A stretch of 63,972 nucleotides of DNA, the filler included, from Rhabdomonas costata (Eukaryota): the NCBI GenBank assembly GCA_019059605.1. It is 25 parts of 25 records of this genome, joined end to end, with 100 filler letters (N's around TTAATTAATTAA, not from the genome) between each part and the next. Parts side by side here need not be neighbours in the genome. Positions count along the whole stretch, not along the records: positions 61,512 to 63,972 come from JAHMHO010003309.1; 24 more parts are not named here. The stretch is one strand, 5' to 3'. The notes under the pieces were generated by a model. That model made no database searches and was not told the origin of the DNA. It saw only the letters and a list, made by a program, of their open reading frames with translations. Positions 61,512 to 63,972 of the stretch are shown here, one piece after another. The position numbers and the translations under genes were made by a program. The number at the start of each line of letters is the position of its first letter. The first letter of the stretch is position 1.

Positions 61512-63972
61512 GGGAGCAGGTTCAAATTACTTCGGGGTGGAAACGTGGAAGAGTGGGAAAACAATAATTAAGCAGCAAACCCCGGAAAACAAGCGAACTG
61601 CAAACATAACAAGAGAAGAGGCTGGGATCTAATTTCTATCCTGCTCACCAGAGACAAATTTGAAGCCACAGGCACATGTCCAGACGACACACAGTAGCTC
61701 CGACGGCCTTGGGGCTGCCTATACAGCGTTTGCTGTTGTTGTCTGCAAACTGCTTTTTCTTGTGCCGTCTTATTATTGAGGTGCCCTGAATCACGGTTTG
61801 CAGAGGCGATACACGTGCCCCTGCGTTTCCATGGTAGCTTTGCCGGACCTGCGCAGCACACTCCCTCGCACATGCGCACCCTCGGCCTTCAATCAAAGGG
61901 GTGGGATGGGGCTGCATTGGGCAGGCCTGCAGAGCATCCGGCGGGGCTACCGCGGCTCTTGCGCGGTGGCCGAGCTCTTCCTACGGTGATGCTCTCGTTT
62001 TTCCGCTGCAGCTCGTCACCCAAAGACAACACTACCTCATTTGACCCAAGTTCACTCCCGAGGCTAAAATAAGACGAAAGCAAAGATGAGTAACAAAAAA
62101 GATGAGCGCAGGCCCTTATCTATTTTTCACTATTCCTTTTCTTTGCTTTCATGGCACAGCCGGTGCTGGCGATTTTTGCGGTTGACAGTTCCGCAGCGGG
62201 GCCAAAGCGTTCACTCACAGCAACAAGCGGTGGTTGAGGACTGCGGTAGATGTGCAAAAAAATCTCGGTGAACTGAAACGGCACCACGGCAAGACTTCCG
62301 TGAAGCCAGTCATATTCACCTTCGCCACTTCTGTATCATCAAGACAAACCGGCCAACCCAAACCCCAAACCTGGCCCAACACACACAAACAAAAAAAAAG
62401 GAAGAAAACGCTGCCCCACTCTTCCCGAGAACAAAACAAGGGAAACAACAAAAGACGGACTCGTCTGGTGTCTGGTGCGCAACCAAAAAAATGTTCACAC
62501 ACAGCAAACAAACCGCGACACAATGCAACATGAAAAAGAAGGAGATGACGGCAAATAGCTTTCCAGCACTTGATCAAGCGACTCACTTTCGCTCCACGTT
62601 TGCTTGGAGATTGCGCAAGAAGGAATCTAAAGTTCGGTCCCTGGGAATTTTTTGTCTAGCTGACTTACGGAGGACCTCTATACGGACCCGTTGTGCGACG
62701 CGCCTACACAATGTAAAGGACATGCTAGGACAAGCTGGACCGTGTAGCACACAAGACACCGAGTCCATTTCATGACTTGCGCTGCGGTGAAGGAAGTTCG
62801 CCACAGCGCAGCGAGAATCCCGGTTCCGGAGCACAAGAGCATGCCAACACAGTTGCCCCTCAGCCTGATCCCCAGCTATCACCACAAGGCCGTGGTGCAA
62901 GTACCCACCCGCGAACCTGGACAACTCGCCGCCAAACGCTGCTGCCCTTCCAGGCGCTCCCCTCTTTCATACCGGTGTTTCTAAAAAGTTTTCAAAAATA
63001 GAATATTTTATAGCGAACGCTATAAAAATTTATCTTATAAATAATTGATAGCATTGCAAAAAAAATAAAAAAGGTGCTGCCGGGACACCAGTACGATCCT
63101 AACCGCCTGCGAGACCAAAAAAATGCTCACTTCGGGAACCCTTTTCGGAGACTGCAGCACAGCACCTAGGATCTTGGGCCGCGGAGCGCAGCGAAGCGGA
63201 CCTGCAAAGAATAACTGCACCAAACAGTTCACAGCGTCGCCGAAACTGTGCGAAAAATTCATAGCGTCGCTAGTCCTGCAATACAACTTTACCGCTTTAG
63301 AACATTTTTTAGTTCACCACGATTTTTTACATTTTTGCAGGTTTTTTCGCATCGCCATGAAAATGCAAAAAAAAAAGCTGCGGTAAAAAACCGATAGGGT
63401 CTGGGGTAAGCCAGGGCGGTTTCGGGAGTGCAGAAAGTGCTGAGGCCGTCCTGAGACCGTGCCGCGTTTTGAAACCCCGACGTCAACTTACTACAATGGT
63501 CACCTTACCACGTATCCCACGTCGTGCAGAATATTGCATCAAATTAAGAGACAGAGTTGCTTCAAACCAACGGAAGAGCATCTGAAAGACGCGAAATTAA
63601 CGTGAAGCTGAGCATGAGCAGATCAGCTAGGGAAGCAAGTTTTACGCCGGCGACTTTTTCTCTTTTTGGAAACACGGGGAACACCACCAATATGGGTGAA
63701 TTTCTCTTCCCAATAACACGCAATGCTTTGCCGTGTTTGTTGTTTGTTTCGGGAGGTAGACGCACATCAGGAGACGAGCAGAGCTGAGACGGGTGCGGTA
63801 GCGTACCGTAAGCGTGTTATGCGGATCAGTAAAATATTCGATCAAGGGAGCAGGTTCAAATTACTTCGGGGTGGAAACGTGGAAGAGTGGGAAAACAATA
63901 ATTAAGCAGCAAACCCCGGAAAACAAGCGAACTGCAAACATAACAAGAGAAGAGGCTGGGATCTAATTTCTA
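61512..63972. other. Contig with exact 127-bp terminal direct repeat: circular molecule or collapsed tandem unit of 2,334 bp
   Basis: 61512-61638 is identical to 63846-63972. No ORF over ~125 aa and no recognisable gene. Confidence 0.9.

Noticed and set aside
63014-63050. aacgctataaaaatttatc resembles the start of kinetoplastid spliced-leader exons
   Set aside because: The conserved AGTTTCTGTACT block, the GT donor and an Sm site are absent. The match is one arm of a local palindrome.
61512-63845. rRNA, 5S, tRNA, snRNA or Rep gene in the circular contig
   Set aside because: No recognisable conserved motifs or HUH/Rep ORF by eye. A covariance-model search is still needed.

Overview
This is not one locus. 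It is 25 unrelated ~2.46-kb contigs of an intron-rich eukaryotic genome joined by 24 artificial 100-nt linkers (N44-TTAATTAATTAA-N44), so adjacency between contigs means nothing. Most contig ends carry G/T-only (5') or C/A-only (3') tails that look like whole-genome-amplification primer remnants. GC3-rich exons, GTRYG-type donors and CRE-clade retroelements suggest a euglenozoan, probably a euglenid (inference). By hand-splicing I reconstruct partial genes for an ankyrin protein, two USP deubiquitinases, a histidine kinase, a sodium:solute symporter, an M16 peptidase, an EF-hand protein, a GH18 chitinase, an outer-arm dynein heavy chain, a VWA/Vwaint protein, arylsulfotransferase-like and PIG-L-like exons, a large intronless ORF and a 39-aa helical-repeat protein. 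Decayed Ty3/Gypsy, CRE-like and possibly Merlin-like transposons are also present. Best candidates for novelty: (1) a CRE-like non-LTR retrotransposon whose endonuclease frame runs into two ubiquitin-like domains, the second lacking all seven ubiquitin lysines, with the junction to the first seen in two independent copies; (2) a 2,334-bp apparently non-coding circular or tandem unit with an AT-rich hairpin region; (3) a GA-AG intron and two isolated in-frame stops in otherwise intact reading frames. All family assignments are motif recognition by eye, not database results.
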